This document shows, in pieces, positions 1-9,066 of a DNA stretch of 37,153 bases (position 1 is its first letter; the number at the start of each line of letters is the position of its first letter). The stretch spans positions 1-37,153 of the IMG/VR virus record IMGVR_UViG_3300021400_002728; one strand, written 5' to 3'. The DNA comes from a virus (taxonomy: Duplodnaviria > Heunggongvirae > Uroviricota > Caudoviricetes). A model generated the notes under the pieces. That model did no database searches. It was not told the DNA's origin and was given only the letters and a program-made list of their open reading frames with translations. The translations under genes were made by a program, and so were the position numbers.

Positions 1-290
1 TTCTTAGGAATAAATCCTTTTTCAAAATCATCCATCCAGTATTCCCAATGATGTTTATTACGACCTCTATGATGAAACCATGCCATAGAATAACCATTTT
101 CTTCTTTACAAGCATCAATAGGTGATCTTGTACCCTGATAGTACTTTACAGATTCAAAAAATTCAGTTGGACTAAATTTAGACATATCATGTAAAATACC
201 TTGTATGTATAATCCACACATAAAACAATAGTGTGCTACACATCTTTTATGTTTAAGAACAGTTTTTAGGTGTCCAATAAAATTTTTCAT
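1..290 (-). CDS. DUF5662-like HD-domain protein (partial, runs off the window start)
   Basis: Not in the ORF track. Manual translation from ATG at 290: MKNFIGHLKTVLKHKRCVAHYCFMCGLYIQGILHDMSKFSPTEFFESVKYYQGTRSPIDACKEENGYSMAWFHHRGRNKHHWEYW. It has H...HD.SK and HH..RN.HH.EYW motifs, and its start abuts the stop of the upstream gene. Confidence 0.8.
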   Translation of the reverse strand, partial: MKNFIGHLKTVLKHKRCVAHYCFMCGLYIQGILHDMSKFSPTEFFESVKYYQGTRSPIDACKEENGYSMAWFHHRGRNKHHWEYWMDDFEKGFIPK

Positions 291-653
291 TTATACTTCA
301 CTACCTTGCATATTCATATAGGGATTATTTGTAAGCCATTCAATACTTGCGCCATAAATACCTTTTGCATAACAAAATGATTTGAGCTTAGAATAATCTT
401 CATGATTAAGACTAAACTGGGCCCAAATCGCATTTTCTCCATAATCAAATGGATTACGAAGTTCAATTTCATCTGGAATAACATCAATTACATCTTTTCC
501 ATCATCATCTGTAGTATGCCATTCAGTATAAATAGTACAAGAAATTTCATCGTCTTTCTTATGTACCTTAATATTAGTAATCTTTTTAGGACTAAAGATT
601 TCGTTTACAATAAACTTAATTTCATCCTTTGTCAGATCTGTAAATTTTCTCAT
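291..653 (-). CDS. hypothetical protein (120 aa)
   Basis: ORF with GAGGT RBS upstream; co-oriented and abutting the next gene. Confidence 0.75.
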   Translation of the reverse strand: MRKFTDLTKDEIKFIVNEIFSPKKITNIKVHKKDDEISCTIYTEWHTTDDDGKDVIDVIPDEIELRNPFDYGENAIWAQFSLNHEDYSKLKSFCYAKGIYGASIEWLTNNPYMNMQGSEV

Positions 654-676
654 AATACACCTCAGATATATGTATG

Positions 677-720
677 AAAAAACTCATTGTCAACTCTAAA
701 TGTGTTAGCAATGAGTTTTC
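677..720 (-). terminator. intrinsic terminator
   Basis: Minus strand AAAACTCATTGCTAAC-loop-GTTGACAATGAGTTTT followed by a T run. Confidence 0.75.
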
Positions 721-744
721 CTAGTTAGTATGAATGATTCTTAA

Positions 745-954
745 TTACTTAAGATTATCAAGATCTGCAACAATCAGATCATCAGGTGCCGGAAGTCTAC
801 CTTCAAGAGGAGCAAGTTCGGAATCAATAATTCTCTTAATAAATCCCTTCATTGCTGCTGCTGGATCAGAGAAATCAGTCTCGATCTTCTTAGAATCTAA
901 TTTGTCAATCTTTTCATTAATGCGATTAAGCATTTCAATCATCTTTTCGTTCAT
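745..954 (-). CDS. small hypothetical protein (about 69 aa; start likely MNEKM)
   Basis: ORF track gives 745-996; an AAGGAGA RBS precedes the ATG at 954; lies downstream of the promoter at 1031-1065. Confidence 0.7.
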   Translation of the reverse strand: MNEKMIEMLNRINEKIDKLDSKKIETDFSDPAAAMKGFIKRIIDSELAPLEGRLPAPDDLIVADLDNLK

Positions 955-1030
955 AATAAAGTCTCCTTTCAAAAACATGTTAGGCACTATTGTCATCCTC
1001 CATACTATACATGTTTTATTTTATGAGTTT

Positions 1031-1065
1031 ATTATAACATGAAAATAGACTAATGTAAATAGTTT
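1031..1065 (-). promoter_or_regulatory. phage early sigma70/sigmaA-type promoter, copy 1
   Basis: Minus strand AAACTA-TTTACA-17 nt-TATAAT with extended TG (TGTTATAAT). Confidence 0.85.
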
Positions 1066-1265
1066 TTCTCAACAAATTTAATAGAATTTGTTAAAATTTC
1101 TGTATTTACATGAAATCTGATCTGTTGCTGTTTATGTTTAGTTAGTTTCCAGTTAATTCTGGCATATAGCAGTCTAAACCATTTAGACAACCATTTATAA
1201 CCTTTATAAAATACGACTGCTATGAAGATACCTATAATAATATACATACCTGCCATAATCATCAC
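1050..1265 (-). CDS. small membrane protein (71 aa)
   Basis: N-terminal hydrophobic helix; GAGGT RBS; 4-nt overlap with the upstream gene. Confidence 0.65.
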   Translation of the reverse strand: MMIMAGMYIIIGIFIAVVFYKGYKWLSKWFRLLYARINWKLTKHKQQQIRFHVNTEILTNSIKFVEKNYLH

Positions 1266-2413
1266 CTCTTATAAGTAATAACATTAATTACTTCATCAAA
1301 TTCAACTTCTCTATTGAAAAGTACTATTGGATTTTTATAACCACCTTTATATTCATTTATTGGAACTATTGTTTTTGCTCTAGCAGTATAACACTGATCA
1401 AGTTCTTCATTAGTAAGTCGATCAGTAGTCAAGAAAAATTCCTGTCTCTTATTTTCGAATTCATAATCATCTACTACATATACACCATTACTATAAAGAA
1501 TCTTAACTTCTGCTACAGAATTAGCATCGTCCCATAATGTATGCTGTGAATTTTGCACATGTTCTTCAAGATCTCTAGAATCATGAATTTCTTTATCATT
1601 TATATTAGGATCTGCCCATACAAATCCATCATAACAAATACGATCAAAATCTCCGTGAACGTTTAGATTACAAAGTCTACGACCAGGTGAAACTGCATAA
1701 TAATGTTTATCATCAATCAATTCTCCTGCTTTAGCTTTTGTAATATGACTTACCATATTAGAATCAATAGGTACATATACTTTATCAAATATACCTTCAT
1801 AAGGAATTACCTTATCCGTTTCAACAGGTGGAATTGCGTTATAATTTAATTCAGGGTACTGTAAGATATATTCTATAATATATTCAAGATACTTACAAAC
1901 TTCGTCAAATATATCATCTACATTAAAGGAAGTCGGTTCGTTACCTTCTGGATCATATTCTCTGTTGAGATCATTATTATGTATAAGAGTAGTAGCTCTT
2001 TGATTATGACCATGTCCATCATAACGTAAATAACGTCTAGGTTCATCACGAAGTTTAGAATTAACTTTAATAGAATGCTTAAACCATTCTTTATCTTTTT
2101 CGTAGTTTTTTCCTACATAATAATGAAATGAAGGACCAGACTCATCTGAATATACTTCAAGTTCTTTATACGGAATAACAATCTGTCTTAATCCATTATA
2201 ATCAAAATGAAGTAAGAACTCTTCACCTTCTATTTCAGAAATTCTCTGAAACTTCTCCTTTCCAGATCCATATACATCTACTTTAATTTTAATTCCAGGC
2301 ACCATCCAATATCTGAGTTCAAGTTCGTCAATAATTCTAGCTCCCAATGAATCAAATGGAAACTGTCTAGAAGTAGGATATACGAATGTAGGCTGAATAT
2401 CAATGAGCGACAT
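1262..2413 (-). CDS. hypothetical protein (383 aa)
   Basis: Long ORF with AAGGAGA RBS; no recognisable motif. Confidence 0.8.
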   Translation of the reverse strand: MSLIDIQPTFVYPTSRQFPFDSLGARIIDELELRYWMVPGIKIKVDVYGSGKEKFQRISEIEGEEFLLHFDYNGLRQIVIPYKELEVYSDESGPSFHYYVGKNYEKDKEWFKHSIKVNSKLRDEPRRYLRYDGHGHNQRATTLIHNNDLNREYDPEGNEPTSFNVDDIFDEVCKYLEYIIEYILQYPELNYNAIPPVETDKVIPYEGIFDKVYVPIDSNMVSHITKAKAGELIDDKHYYAVSPGRRLCNLNVHGDFDRICYDGFVWADPNINDKEIHDSRDLEEHVQNSQHTLWDDANSVAEVKILYSNGVYVVDDYEFENKRQEFFLTTDRLTNEELDQCYTARAKTIVPINEYKGGYKNPIVLFNREVEFDEVINVITYKR

Positions 2414-2424
2414 ATTAGTCTCCT

Positions 2425-2637
2425 TTAATCACAATCATTCTTATTTACGTACATTTGGGCTTCTTCAATCCAAACCATATTCTCATTATTTACAACTGAT
2501 TGCCAATTGTAATCTGTACCTGTCTTACCATCAAGAGATCTAATAGTCTGAAGTGTAGGTTCATCAAGCAGTGCTCCACGACCTTCTGCTTTAATTCTAT
2601 CGATCATCTTCTGAGCTCTGAACGTATAAGTTGCCAT
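2425..2637 (-). CDS. hypothetical protein (70 aa)
   Basis: ORF with AAGGAGA RBS, tightly packed in the operon. Confidence 0.75.
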   Translation of the reverse strand: MATYTFRAQKMIDRIKAEGRGALLDEPTLQTIRSLDGKTGTDYNWQSVVNNENMVWIEEAQMYVNKNDCD

Positions 2638-2650
2638 AGTTTAATCTCCT

Positions 2651-3901
2651 TTAATTAGATGCTGAATTTGTTCTTTTTACTTCTACTTCTGAAAGAGGCT
2701 GATCAGTGAATCGGAAAGATTTGTATCTAAGTATATCACCAACCTGAAGACTCATCCAATCATTATAGTTATAAGTGATAGTAGATTTTTCATCGTTATA
2801 ATTGATGAGATTTACTCGATATGTCTCATGTCTATCACCTTGTCTAATATCACCATAATTAGGATTTGCTACTGATGTAGGATAACTTGTATCATACCAA
2901 TAAGCATTCTGATCAAATCCAGAGGTTCTTAATGATGTTGAATATTTCCATCTACCAATATCATAATAGTATTTTGTCTTATATACTGGAACACTCTTAT
3001 ATACAGGCTCTTCATAATATTCTGTATGATATTGAGTTTCATATACAGGTGTCTGTACTACTTCTGCTTGGCCATTACCAAGGTCTCGATATTCTGTATC
3101 ATATCCAACTAGAACCCGTTCAGATACTTGTTTTGATTTAGTCTCATAATGATCTAAAACTTGATCATAATGATGTATTTCTTCTCGTTCATCTGTTACT
3201 ACAGCACCTGCTGGAACTGACCAACCATCTTCATGACAAAGTTGATATGTTTCAATATCAATTGATCTTTCCCAACTAAATGAAGTAACTCTTGATTCTC
3301 TCTGAACTGGTGTAAATAACCAAATAAAGAATGGAACGAAGAATAAAAGTGCAAAAACTGCAAGATAAACTCTACCATCAATATGCGCAAGAAAATCTAC
3401 AATGTTCTTCCAAATAGAAACCTTCTGCTTAGGTTTAGGTGTATAAGGTGTAGAAATCTTTGTAGGTTCTTCCTTAACTGGTTCGTCATATTCATCATCA
3501 ACTATCTCAGTGAAATCATTATCATATGATCTTTCATCTTCATCTGATTTAACTGAAATCTTTTCATAGTAAGTATCATTCGATTTAGTGGCTCCACAAC
3601 CTCTACAAGAAGTATCTTCTGCAAAGTTCTGATAACCACAATAGTGACATTTCCAGTTAGGAAGATTTCTTTCATCCTTAGTTTCAACTATTTCTGACTG
3701 AATACCTTTTTCATCTGTGTGAATTTTTTTATCACCAGTAAGAATAGTACCTGCCTTCATAGCGGCTACAATAGTAGGATTATCCGGCATCATATACTTA
3801 ACATTATTCGGAATAGGTGTTCCACAGTTAGGACATGACCTGTTATCACCACGAATTATAGAATCACAACTATTACATTTCCAATAAGAATATACATGCA
3901 T
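2651..3901 (-). CDS. membrane protein with two N-terminal RanBP2-like zinc ribbons
   Basis: WKCNSC..CPNCG and WKCHYC..CRGCG motifs, an acidic/Pro-rich linker, a TM helix (VYLAVFALLFFVPFFIWLF) and a Tyr-rich C-terminal domain. Confidence 0.75.
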   Translation of the reverse strand: MHVYSYWKCNSCDSIIRGDNRSCPNCGTPIPNNVKYMMPDNPTIVAAMKAGTILTGDKKIHTDEKGIQSEIVETKDERNLPNWKCHYCGYQNFAEDTSCRGCGATKSNDTYYEKISVKSDEDERSYDNDFTEIVDDEYDEPVKEEPTKISTPYTPKPKQKVSIWKNIVDFLAHIDGRVYLAVFALLFFVPFFIWLFTPVQRESRVTSFSWERSIDIETYQLCHEDGWSVPAGAVVTDEREEIHHYDQVLDHYETKSKQVSERVLVGYDTEYRDLGNGQAEVVQTPVYETQYHTEYYEEPVYKSVPVYKTKYYYDIGRWKYSTSLRTSGFDQNAYWYDTSYPTSVANPNYGDIRQGDRHETYRVNLINYNDEKSTITYNYNDWMSLQVGDILRYKSFRFTDQPLSEVEVKRTNSASN

Positions 3902-3920
3902 TATTTGTCTCTCCTAATAT

Positions 3921-4307
3921 TTATTTCGAAGTTGAATTAGCGCTAGGTAAACGTTGAATTGTGCCTCGTGGTATGTATACTGTTAATGTATCACCATTTA
4001 CAACACGTGTTCTAGTGTAGGTATATGATGGAGTATCGTCAGTATATTGAATATTGATATGTCCTTCAATTGTTAGAATTTGATTGTTTATACAAACAAT
4101 TGCAACACTTGTATTATTTGTAGGAATATTAGAATAGACATTATATGTCTGAAGGTATACTCCGTCTTCGATCTCAGAAAGTGTACCAGATGTTGTTTCA
4201 CTGTATGTAGTATATTTAATAAGTTTATATGTGCCAAACACAAATAATCCGACAACTATAAGTACTACTATACATTTAATAATTAACTTAATTTTATCTT
4301 GTTTCAT
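3921..4307 (-). CDS. membrane-anchored hypothetical protein (128 aa)
   Basis: N-terminal TM helix; GGAGGT RBS; first gene after the promoter at 4337-4371. Confidence 0.75.
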   Translation of the reverse strand: MKQDKIKLIIKCIVVLIVVGLFVFGTYKLIKYTTYSETTSGTLSEIEDGVYLQTYNVYSNIPTNNTSVAIVCINNQILTIEGHINIQYTDDTPSYTYTRTRVVNGDTLTVYIPRGTIQRLPSANSTSK

Positions 4308-4336
4308 ATTATTACCTCCAATTTATTTATATAATT

Positions 4337-4371
4337 ATTATAACAAGAAAATTAGACGATGTAAATAGTTT
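4337..4371 (-). promoter_or_regulatory. phage early promoter, copy 2
   Basis: AAACTA-TTTACA-N17-TATAAT with TG extension. Confidence 0.85.
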
Positions 4372-4381
4372 TGCTAAAAAT

Positions 4382-4410
4382 AAAAAAGCCACCTTTAGTA
4401 AGGCAGCCTT
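4382..4410 (-). terminator. intrinsic terminator
   Basis: AAGGCTGCCT-loop-AGGTGGCTTT followed by TTT. Confidence 0.75.
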
Positions 4411-4435
4411 TAGTGTAATTTTTATCTACTATAGA

Positions 4436-5035
4436 TTATTTATCGGTGTTAATCACAACTATTTTATAGGATAAACCATAATCATTCTTAATCCATTCTG
4501 CACGTTTCAAAAGCGATTTTATATATGGAAATTTTGATGCTTTTTGTATATTATCATCATAAAACCAATATTTATTATTCTTTCCTGCGTAATATGATCC
4601 GTTTTCAAATTGTATTACGTACCGAATATTATTATGATTAGAAAATTTTTTACGATTTTCATCTAGCATACACCCACATGACTTTACCATATGATTATAT
4701 GATAAATTATGCATAGGAACTTCAACTATATTTCCACAGTCGCATACGCATTTCCATACAGTATAACCATAGTAACGTTTATTTGTTTTTTCTAATACAG
4801 TTAATCGTCCAAATCGCTGTCCAACTAAATTTTTACTACTACCTCTACCATTACAACCACAAGATGTAGTATTACCATGTAATAAATTAGATAGTACTAC
4901 TTCTTTTATATTTCCACAATCACATTTACAAATATATCTATAATTGTATTTTTTATCACGTCTAGAAAAGCCAATAACAGTTAATTTACCAAATCGTTTT
5001 CCAATTGGTTCAGTAATTTCATCTAATGTCTTCAT
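4436..5035 (-). CDS. protein with two G.RFG.LTV..C.CDCG..SCGC Cys-rich repeats (homing-endonuclease/AP2-associated type); no clear nuclease domain
   Basis: Repeats GKRFGKLTVIG...CKCDCGN...TTSCGC and GQRFGRLTVLE...CVCDCGN...VKSCGC; GAAAGGA RBS precedes the ATG at 5035 (track start 5071). Confidence 0.7.
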   Translation of the reverse strand: MKTLDEITEPIGKRFGKLTVIGFSRRDKKYNYRYICKCDCGNIKEVVLSNLLHGNTTSCGCNGRGSSKNLVGQRFGRLTVLEKTNKRYYGYTVWKCVCDCGNIVEVPMHNLSYNHMVKSCGCMLDENRKKFSNHNNIRYVIQFENGSYYAGKNNKYWFYDDNIQKASKFPYIKSLLKRAEWIKNDYGLSYKIVVINTDK

Positions 5036-5073
5036 TGTGTAGGTCCTTTCGTGTAAATGTGTAAGGAACAATT

Positions 5074-7029
5074 TTATTCATTATCTTCTTTTTCAGTTTT
5101 AGGTAAATCATTAAGATTTATACCTAAACTCTTACAGTATTTCTTGAAACCACTCTTAGAAAATCCAATTGCGAATGAAAAGTCATAACTTGTATTATCT
5201 TTCTCATATTCAGGTCTTCTAGAACAATACGTCTCAAATGGCGTATTTATAGTTTCTACTGCATCAGTAGCATCAAGTAAAGAATTTCCAGAAGTACGGT
5301 TACCTTCTTTTGTCCAGCCTTTAACTATCTTAGGAACTTCAGTATTGAATAGATTCTCAATACCTTTATAGCTAAGTGGTCTAAATACTACAAACATTGT
5401 ACAAGTACAACCGTTGTCTAAATCTAAATAAACATCTTTATTTCGATCATATCTATTAGGACGATATGTTTTCCAGCCATATTCATATGATAAGTATGTA
5501 GTATTTGTTACTATTGACATGTAATAGCCTTCTTCACAATTAGAAGGTCTCCAGCCACCTTTATAATTAGAAGATTCACCTTTTACAATACTTACATATT
5601 TGTCAACGGCCATCTTCTTAAGAGTTTCAAGATTGTCATTAATAAGAGTCTCATACCAATCTTTTACTGCGCTGATGCCACCAAATGACTTATATTCTTC
5701 AAACATCTTTTGACGGATATAATCTGCAAGTTGTCTTCTGATATCTACATAGGCTCCAACTCTCATTCTCTTTTCTGTTCCGACATATTCAGGAACATAC
5801 TCATACTTGCCAGTACCAAGAAGTTTCTGAGTAGATAACACTGTAGGCTGAACCTTAAATCCATCACCATACAGATCTACAAATATCTGACCATTGTTAT
5901 TTGAACTTATATAGTTACCTCTATAAGATCCATTCTGATATTCAAATTCTTCAAGAGCTGAACCATCCATAATCTTGTCATAATCAAACTCAAGATTAAC
6001 TTTCTGATGACTCTGAACTATTTCATTCTTCTCAATAGTCATAAGTTCATTCTTATCTTCAGTAAGAAGTGGCATATTAACTTTCAACAGCGAGTCAGTA
6101 TATACGATTGCATAATCATCTTTGTTAATTCTAGGAAGTTTTCTAGCAAGAAGAATCATTGCTATCAAAAGAGGTAGGAAGGCATCTTCTTCCATAGCAA
6201 ACATATCAAGCTTATCTTTATCGATAGTATAAGTATGACTATAACCTTTATAATCATAATCAGCATAGCTGAATATAAAATTATATGGGAAGATCTGATC
6301 AGCCTTATCTTCTGCCCATCTACCATTTCTTGAGTTACAATGCTGGCCTTTGAATGCTTCATTTATACGTTCGTTAGCAGATATAATATTTCCATTATTC
6401 TTAAGGAAGAATCCAAAATAGCTATCTGCAGTATGCTCAATATCTATAAAGCAAAGATACATTCCATCCGGTGCATTAGAAAGAGTAATAAGACAATCAG
6501 CTAAAGAAGGAAATGTATGAATACTAGTAGAGAAATTAGTAATTTCAGTAAGTTCTCCACCCTTTTGATAGAATTCAATTCTACATTTATCTATAGTCTG
6601 AATTACGTTATCTACACAGCTAAAAACTTTATTAGTAAATTCAGCATCATCAAACTTACCAATAAGTTCTTTTCCAACTACTTTAAGAGTAAGCTGCTTG
6701 ATAGCATCTATGAAGTTATTTTCAGCAATTTTGATCTCTGGTGAATCAAATAACTTCTGCATATCAACATGTTTCTGGATCTCTTCTGGCTGGTTGATTG
6801 CATCAAATAATGTGATTCTAGAGTTCTTCATCATCATTTCGAAGAGTCTCTTAACTGTTAATACTGCCAGCAGTCCAGTCTCATCATAGTCTTCTATGAT
6901 ATGAGTTAGATTTTTAGTTCTATTATGGGCTTCATAGCTATAATTCAACAGATTGAATGTAGTTTGATTTTCATCATATTCAATATACTTTGCCCATTTT
7001 TCAAGAATGTCAAAACAAATTTTTTCCAT
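5074..7029 (-). CDS. large hypothetical protein (651 aa)
   Basis: Long ORF with GAGGT RBS behind the promoter at 7073-7107; no motif I can assign. Confidence 0.85.
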   Translation of the reverse strand: MEKICFDILEKWAKYIEYDENQTTFNLLNYSYEAHNRTKNLTHIIEDYDETGLLAVLTVKRLFEMMMKNSRITLFDAINQPEEIQKHVDMQKLFDSPEIKIAENNFIDAIKQLTLKVVGKELIGKFDDAEFTNKVFSCVDNVIQTIDKCRIEFYQKGGELTEITNFSTSIHTFPSLADCLITLSNAPDGMYLCFIDIEHTADSYFGFFLKNNGNIISANERINEAFKGQHCNSRNGRWAEDKADQIFPYNFIFSYADYDYKGYSHTYTIDKDKLDMFAMEEDAFLPLLIAMILLARKLPRINKDDYAIVYTDSLLKVNMPLLTEDKNELMTIEKNEIVQSHQKVNLEFDYDKIMDGSALEEFEYQNGSYRGNYISSNNNGQIFVDLYGDGFKVQPTVLSTQKLLGTGKYEYVPEYVGTEKRMRVGAYVDIRRQLADYIRQKMFEEYKSFGGISAVKDWYETLINDNLETLKKMAVDKYVSIVKGESSNYKGGWRPSNCEEGYYMSIVTNTTYLSYEYGWKTYRPNRYDRNKDVYLDLDNGCTCTMFVVFRPLSYKGIENLFNTEVPKIVKGWTKEGNRTSGNSLLDATDAVETINTPFETYCSRRPEYEKDNTSYDFSFAIGFSKSGFKKYCKSLGINLNDLPKTEKEDNE

Positions 7030-7072
7030 ACTAACTACCTCAATATATAACCAGTTTATTTATTATAAAATA

Positions 7073-7107
7073 ATTATAACATGGTTTAATTACTATGTAA
7101 ATAGTTT
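7073..7107 (-). promoter_or_regulatory. phage early promoter, copy 3
   Basis: AAACTA-TTTACA-N17-TATAAT with TG extension. Confidence 0.85.
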
Positions 7108-7119
7108 TTTATACCAATT

Positions 7120-7166
7120 AAAAAACAAAAATAGAAAGATCTATTTCTAGATCTCTCTATTTGTTT
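7120..7166 (-). terminator. intrinsic terminator
   Basis: AAATAGAGAGATCT-loop-AGATCTTTCTATTT followed by TTGTTTTT. Confidence 0.75.
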
Positions 7167-7183
7167 TAGATTAGATATTTTAC

Positions 7184-7921
7184 TTAGAACTTCAGCTGTT
7201 CAAATACTTTACCAAGTGATTCATGAATTACCAGATCAGCGATATTATCTTTTTCAGTTTCTGACATATTGATAATAACAAGCTTGCCATTAAAGATTCT
7301 TTTATTAACAAGACTGTTTGCAGGATATACTGAAAGTGATGTACCACCTACAATAAGTAGATCTGCATCCATAATCTTATATGAAGCTATACCAAATTCT
7401 GGTGGAAGCATCTCACCATAAAGTGTAACTCTAGGTCTGATTACTCCATCACATTCTGGACACTTAGGAACTGCGTCTTTACTTTCAAAGATATAGTCAT
7501 AAGGGAACTGTTTATGACAATCTTCACAATATACCGACTGAGTAGTTCCATGAATCTCAAGAACATTCTTACTTCCAGCCTTCTGATGAAGTCCGTCAAT
7601 GTTTTGTGTTACTATCCACAGATCTTTCTTCTGTTCAAGCTCTGCGAGCTTATAATGAGTAATATTAGGTTCTATATTACGAGTGTCCATCTTCTGTCTA
7701 TAGAACTCATAGAATACTTCTGGCTTATCATAAAGACAATCACAGCTTAACAGATATTCAGGCTGGTATTTTTCAAACTGCACATCATGCTGATTATAGA
7801 GACCATCTTTTGACCTGAAGTCCGGAATACCACTTTCAGTAGATACTCCAGCTCCACCGAAAAATACAATCTTATTAGCATTGTCTATATATTCCTGCAG
7901 AGTCTTTATTTCATCTGACAT
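7184..7921 (-). CDS. cobB: Sir2/CobB-family NAD+-dependent protein deacylase
   Basis: GGAGVSTESGIPDFRS, TQNIDGLHQKAG, EIHGT, CxxC...CxxC zinc site, RPRVTLYGE, VGGTSLSVYPA. Confidence 0.93.
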   Translation of the reverse strand: MSDEIKTLQEYIDNANKIVFFGGAGVSTESGIPDFRSKDGLYNQHDVQFEKYQPEYLLSCDCLYDKPEVFYEFYRQKMDTRNIEPNITHYKLAELEQKKDLWIVTQNIDGLHQKAGSKNVLEIHGTTQSVYCEDCHKQFPYDYIFESKDAVPKCPECDGVIRPRVTLYGEMLPPEFGIASYKIMDADLLIVGGTSLSVYPANSLVNKRIFNGKLVIINMSETEKDNIADLVIHESLGKVFEQLKF

Positions 7922-7924
7922 AAA

Positions 7925-8422
7925 TTATTCTCCTTTCACATATTCAAAGTCATGACCTACGATCTTAACTAACTCTTTATGAGTCATCTTAGGAGGCTTT
8001 GGAGGAATGATCTTCCAGCTATCCATAACTTTAGTAAGTGTCTCTAGTTCAGAATCACTATAGCACCAGAACGCTTCGGGTGCTTCTTCAATAGAATCAG
8101 TTAATGCTTCCTTAAGATAGTCAACGATTTGCTGATCTGTCCAAGTATGCATCTTCTCACAATCTTTTTTAGCATCGTCCCAAGTAGGCTTGCCCTTAAG
8201 AGTAATTACAAAAAGTCTTTCATTACGATTATGTCCGTCCTGCTTGGTATCAAAATCAAAACAGTTCCAAATATCTTCGTAATATCCGTCTTTATAAGAA
8301 CCCCATTCACCTCGGCTGTTCTCCCAATAACCATCAGATAACTGAGAAGAAAAGTGATGAAACAAATTATTTATTTCATTCACAAAATCACATTTGATAT
8401 AGATTCGTCTTTCTTTACTCAT
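7925..8422 (-). CDS. hypothetical protein (165 aa)
   Basis: ORF with GAGAGGT RBS; first gene after the promoter at 8455-8489. Confidence 0.8.
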   Translation of the reverse strand: MSKERRIYIKCDFVNEINNLFHHFSSQLSDGYWENSRGEWGSYKDGYYEDIWNCFDFDTKQDGHNRNERLFVITLKGKPTWDDAKKDCEKMHTWTDQQIVDYLKEALTDSIEEAPEAFWCYSDSELETLTKVMDSWKIIPPKPPKMTHKELVKIVGHDFEYVKGE

Positions 8423-8454
8423 ATTAAATACCTCTCTTGTTAATTGATAATTTA

Positions 8455-8489
8455 ATTATAACAAGAGCGTATTCATATGTAAATAGTTT
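8455..8489 (-). promoter_or_regulatory. phage early promoter, copy 4
   Basis: AAACTA-TTTACA-N17-TATAAT with TG extension. Confidence 0.85.
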
Positions 8490-8493
8490 TTAT

Positions 8494-8530
8494 AAAAAAT
8501 GGATAGACCTAAATATAAGTCTATCCATTT
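8494..8530 (-). terminator. intrinsic terminator
   Basis: AAATGGATAGAC-loop-GTCTATCCATTT followed by TTT. Confidence 0.8.
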
Positions 8531-8534
8531 GAGG

Positions 8535-8825
8535 TTATTTCTTTTGCATAGATGCAAGCTTCTTATCACGATCTGCAATATACTGTTTAAGAACAGATTC
8601 AGCTTTTGCATCATCATTTGACACTACATATCTGTAGTTAGGTGTATAGAATACAGTATTGAAATCTGCAAATTTCTGAAGGAAATAATTTCCATCATTA
8701 TCCTTAAATCTAATTGCTCTACCACCTTTTTCATCAACTGTTTCAGTTCCTTCGAATTCCTGAATCTGAATCTTATCAGGATTCTCAGTTAAAATGCCAT
8801 AAAAAATCTTTGTCTTCATGTCCAT
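8535..8825 (-). CDS. hypothetical protein (96 aa)
   Basis: ORF with AAGGAGA RBS. Confidence 0.75.
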   Translation of the reverse strand: MDMKTKIFYGILTENPDKIQIQEFEGTETVDEKGGRAIRFKDNDGNYFLQKFADFNTVFYTPNYRYVVSNDDAKAESVLKQYIADRDKKLASMQKK

Positions 8826-8831
8826 TCTCCT

Positions 8832-8969
8832 TTACTCTTTATTTTGTGTTTCTTTTGGTACATTTGTAATGATTTTCTTTTCACTATCACATATATGACC
8901 ATTTTCATCAATATATTCTTCTCGTATAATTACTTCTATCTTTTCCGTTTCGGGCATAATTATTTCCAT
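8832..8969 (-). CDS. small protein not in the ORF track (45 aa)
   Basis: MEIIMPETEKIEVIIREEYIDENGHICDSEKKIITNVPKKHKIKE*; GAAAGGT RBS; its stop overlaps the next gene's RBS. Confidence 0.65.
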   Translation of the reverse strand: MEIIMPETEKIEVIIREEYIDENGHICDSEKKIITNVPKETQNKE

Positions 8970-9002
8970 ACTTTACCTTTCTACTTAAATCTTCTTTTAT
9001 AT

Positions 9003-9035
9003 AAAACAAATGACCTGCCTATATAAGACAAGTCA
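9003..9035 (-). terminator. intrinsic terminator
   Basis: TGACTTGTC-loop-GGCAGGTCA followed by TTTGTTTT. Confidence 0.65.
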
Positions 9036-9066
9036 TTATTTCGCATCCTTTATAATTAAATAGTCT

